From: Octopus bimaculoides | Lineage: Eukaryota | Direction of reading: 5' to 3' | Length of the DNA stretch: 51,147 nucleotides | Assembly (NCBI RefSeq): GCF_001194135.2 | Contig: NC_068995.1 | Location: 34,203,453 to 34,254,599, forward strand | Shown here: positions 48,575 to 51,147 of the stretch, piece after piece | How positions within the stretch are numbered: position 1 is the stretch's first letter | How the letters are laid out: each line of letters opens with the position of its first letter | Position numbers and translations under genes: made by a program | Notes under the pieces: model-generated | Database searches by the model: none | What the model saw: the letters and a program-made list of their open reading frames with translations, nothing else | Told to the model about the DNA's origin: nothing

Positions 48575-48657
48575 CAGCAGCAACAGTAGTAGTAGCAGAA
48601 GAAGAAGAAGAAGAAGAAGAAGAAGAAGAAGAAGAAGAAGAAGAAGAAGAAGAAAAA

Positions 48658-48700
<43 letters not shown>
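48330..48700. repeat. Compound trinucleotide microsatellite (ATT, AGT, AGC, AGT, AGA)
   Basis: Directly visible; source of the poly-L/A/V/E pseudo-ORFs. Confidence 0.95.
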
Positions 48701-48701
<1 letters not shown>

Positions 48702-49454
48702 TGCAACGGCAGAATAGTAAGAAAGAATAGAAGTGAGTGTGCAATGGGTTGAGAATGGAACTAAAATGGAAACAAGGTGTTGCTGAAGATGGCAATATTG
48801 GGGACGGCGTAATAAAGAAATCTGTTAACGTTTCATTACATTTTTCCTTGTCCTTTAAGAAAAAGAAAACAAACAGAATATCTTGAATATGTAGAAGCCA
48901 CCTGTAGAAAATATAAACTGAAAAGAACCCATTTTAAGACAATAAAATTATTCCAATTCCATTTTTGCACAAAAGCTAACATGACAATAAGATAACAAAA
49001 GGTGATTGAAACACATTTCTGGTATAGGATATTACTTCAGCTCAGAGCTTACAGTAGTTTGAACTTCTGCTGCACCTAATCTGGAATTGTGGATAATTCC
49101 AAATTTGTTAGGATCGAAATGTTTAAATTTGAAAAAAATGTACAAGAATATGATTGTTGCTGGCATAGAATGAACTTAATACATAAAACTGGAATATAAC
49201 AAGAAACTTGATAATAAGATAACATGTTATCTAAAACAAAACCAGAAACTTTATAATCTTCATCTAACACAATTCTGTTACGAAAGACAGAACGAGGGCA
49301 AATTTAGTTCATTAAGTCCTATATTAATGATTAAGGATTATAAATAAGAGATACTACAGTACCATTGACAAGAATGTTATATTTCGAAAGACATATTTCA
49401 AATAAAATTAGAGAAATTGATTCGAAATATATTTGTCTCTTCCTTTAATATTAT

Positions 49455-49760
49455 CGTTTGTTGTTTGTTCCTTCTCGAGCCATGCCTGGCTCATAAGGGC
49501 CGGTTTCCCAGTTTCATTGGCGTACAACTTCCCCACTTGGCCGGGACACCGGTCCGTTGTAGGTGAGCTGCTAGATGCAGGAGGAAAGAGTGAGAGAAAG
49601 TTGTGGCGAAAGAGTCAGCAGAAGTTCGCGTGAAGTTGCCGGAGTCGCGTGGAGCTTAGGTGTTTCGCTCATAAACACACACATTACCCTGTCTGAGATT
49701 CGAACTCGCGATCCCTCAATCGCGTGTCAACTGCTCTAATCACTAGGCCATGTGCCTCCA
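49455..49760 (-). mobile_element. tRNA-derived SINE
   Basis: Minus-strand head tggcctagtgattagagcag...gatcgcgagttcgaatc (A-box and B-box). Confidence 0.65.
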
Positions 49761-50697
49761 CAATATTATCATTTGGAGTTCATAAAATATTAGAATACTG
49801 AAGTTAGTGTAATCGATTGTTCTATCCCCTAAATCATGTGACATGCCAAAGTAAGAAATCATTATTGTATAAACCAATATCCGTAGAACGCTGGTTACAA
49901 GTAACTCTTCTCATTTCGTACGGAAGTGCAATATCTATTATTGACCCCGATATTGGGAAAAATGTTCATCGTTTGATGTCCCAAATAAATTTACTTACGT
50001 TGTTCCAAATGCTTTTGTCTTATTTATTAAGAAATATACATGATCTAAATATAAATTGGGTTGCAACGTCACTTATACGGTAATGTACTTTAATTTATGT
50101 TATGCCTGAACGTTTATATAATTTATTCTAAGACATTTATATAACTTGTTCTAAGACATTGGTTATTCAAAGGGAACTTAGTAAGGTCCTTACTGTCACA
50201 CGTTACGAGGGATATGAACTGAAGAGTCATTAGTTATTGAATCAGTATTATTACTGCTATTTGACAAGAACACAACTGGAGTAGTATCATCTTTACTAGA
50301 TTGCGATATAATATTGGCTAATTGCGGCTATATTATCGGTTAGATTTGGTGTGGTGGAGTACGAAAATTTCACTAAATGTCTATTAAAGATTTTACTATA
50401 TCTATTAATGGGGAAAGAGTGCTTCTCCAATGCCTTAAAATATTACTCTATAGATCGGATAAAAATTTATCTATGGATCAGACTGTTAATTTTTATAAAA
50501 CTTGACATATATTCCAACATTAAAATTAAGAGGCTAATTTATAGAGCATAGAGCCAGAATATTATAGAAATAAAACAATTTAAATGTGCAACGATGAAAA
50601 AATAAACTGTTCTTTATCTTCCATGGTATTTCAAACCACGTATTAACTTTTCGAAAATATAACTTTATGTGAAATTTTAATATCAACTGCTTTCCTA

Positions 50698-50744
<47 letters not shown>

Positions 50745-51030
50745 AGTTTGTCTATCATGACAGGATAGTGAAAAATTGCGTTCGTGCGCACCCACACGCG
50801 TGTGTGAGAGGGATATTTGAAAAAGAAAGAGAATCAGTCGATGACGTTTCTCTACTTCATGACATTTCTACTTAACTCTTCCTCTAAAACAGGTTGCAGT
50901 TTTCCAACATTTCTGAACATGACTCATCTTTACTTTATACCTAGAGAAACTCAGACTTCAGATTTTATTATGGCATCAGGATCTCCTTGCAAAAGCTCAT
51001 TTCGAAATGGCGACTTTATTGCAAGACATT

Positions 51031-51069
<39 letters not shown>

Positions 51070-51071
51070 AG

Positions 51072-51110
<39 letters not shown>

Positions 51111-51147
51111 AATATATATATATACATACATACATATCTACATACGA

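Noticed and set aside
48337-48717. Poly-Ala/Val/Glu ORF
   Set aside because: A compound trinucleotide microsatellite
50893-51147. Strong plus-strand acceptor followed by an open frame (GCSFPTFLNMTHLYF...)
   Set aside because: No donor or stop; the frame runs into (CA)n and off the window end

Overview
AT-rich, microsatellite-dense eukaryotic scaffold with many N gaps. The repeat families look like octopus (coleoid cephalopod) repeats, an inference from recalled families rather than a search. No intact full-length protein-coding gene, rRNA, tRNA or CRISPR array is visible, and most listed ORFs are microsatellite or N artefacts. The window is mostly decayed mobile DNA: Tc1/mariner elements (a maT/DD37D-type copy, DD34D mariners, MITE-like derivatives), a pogo/Tigger fragment, one near-complete Penelope-like retroelement (RT + GIY-YIG) plus three older remnants, R4/Dong-like LINE fragments, and about 30 tRNA-derived SINE copies. 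The most interesting signals are five type-I hammerhead-ribozyme motifs (two with complete core and stem I, all with dimer-type stem III), SINE pairs whose target-site duplications point to more than one origin, a roughly 195-bp foldback hairpin, and a chain of minus-strand exon-like segments missed by the ORF track. Coordinates of decayed repeats are approximate (about +/-20 bp).
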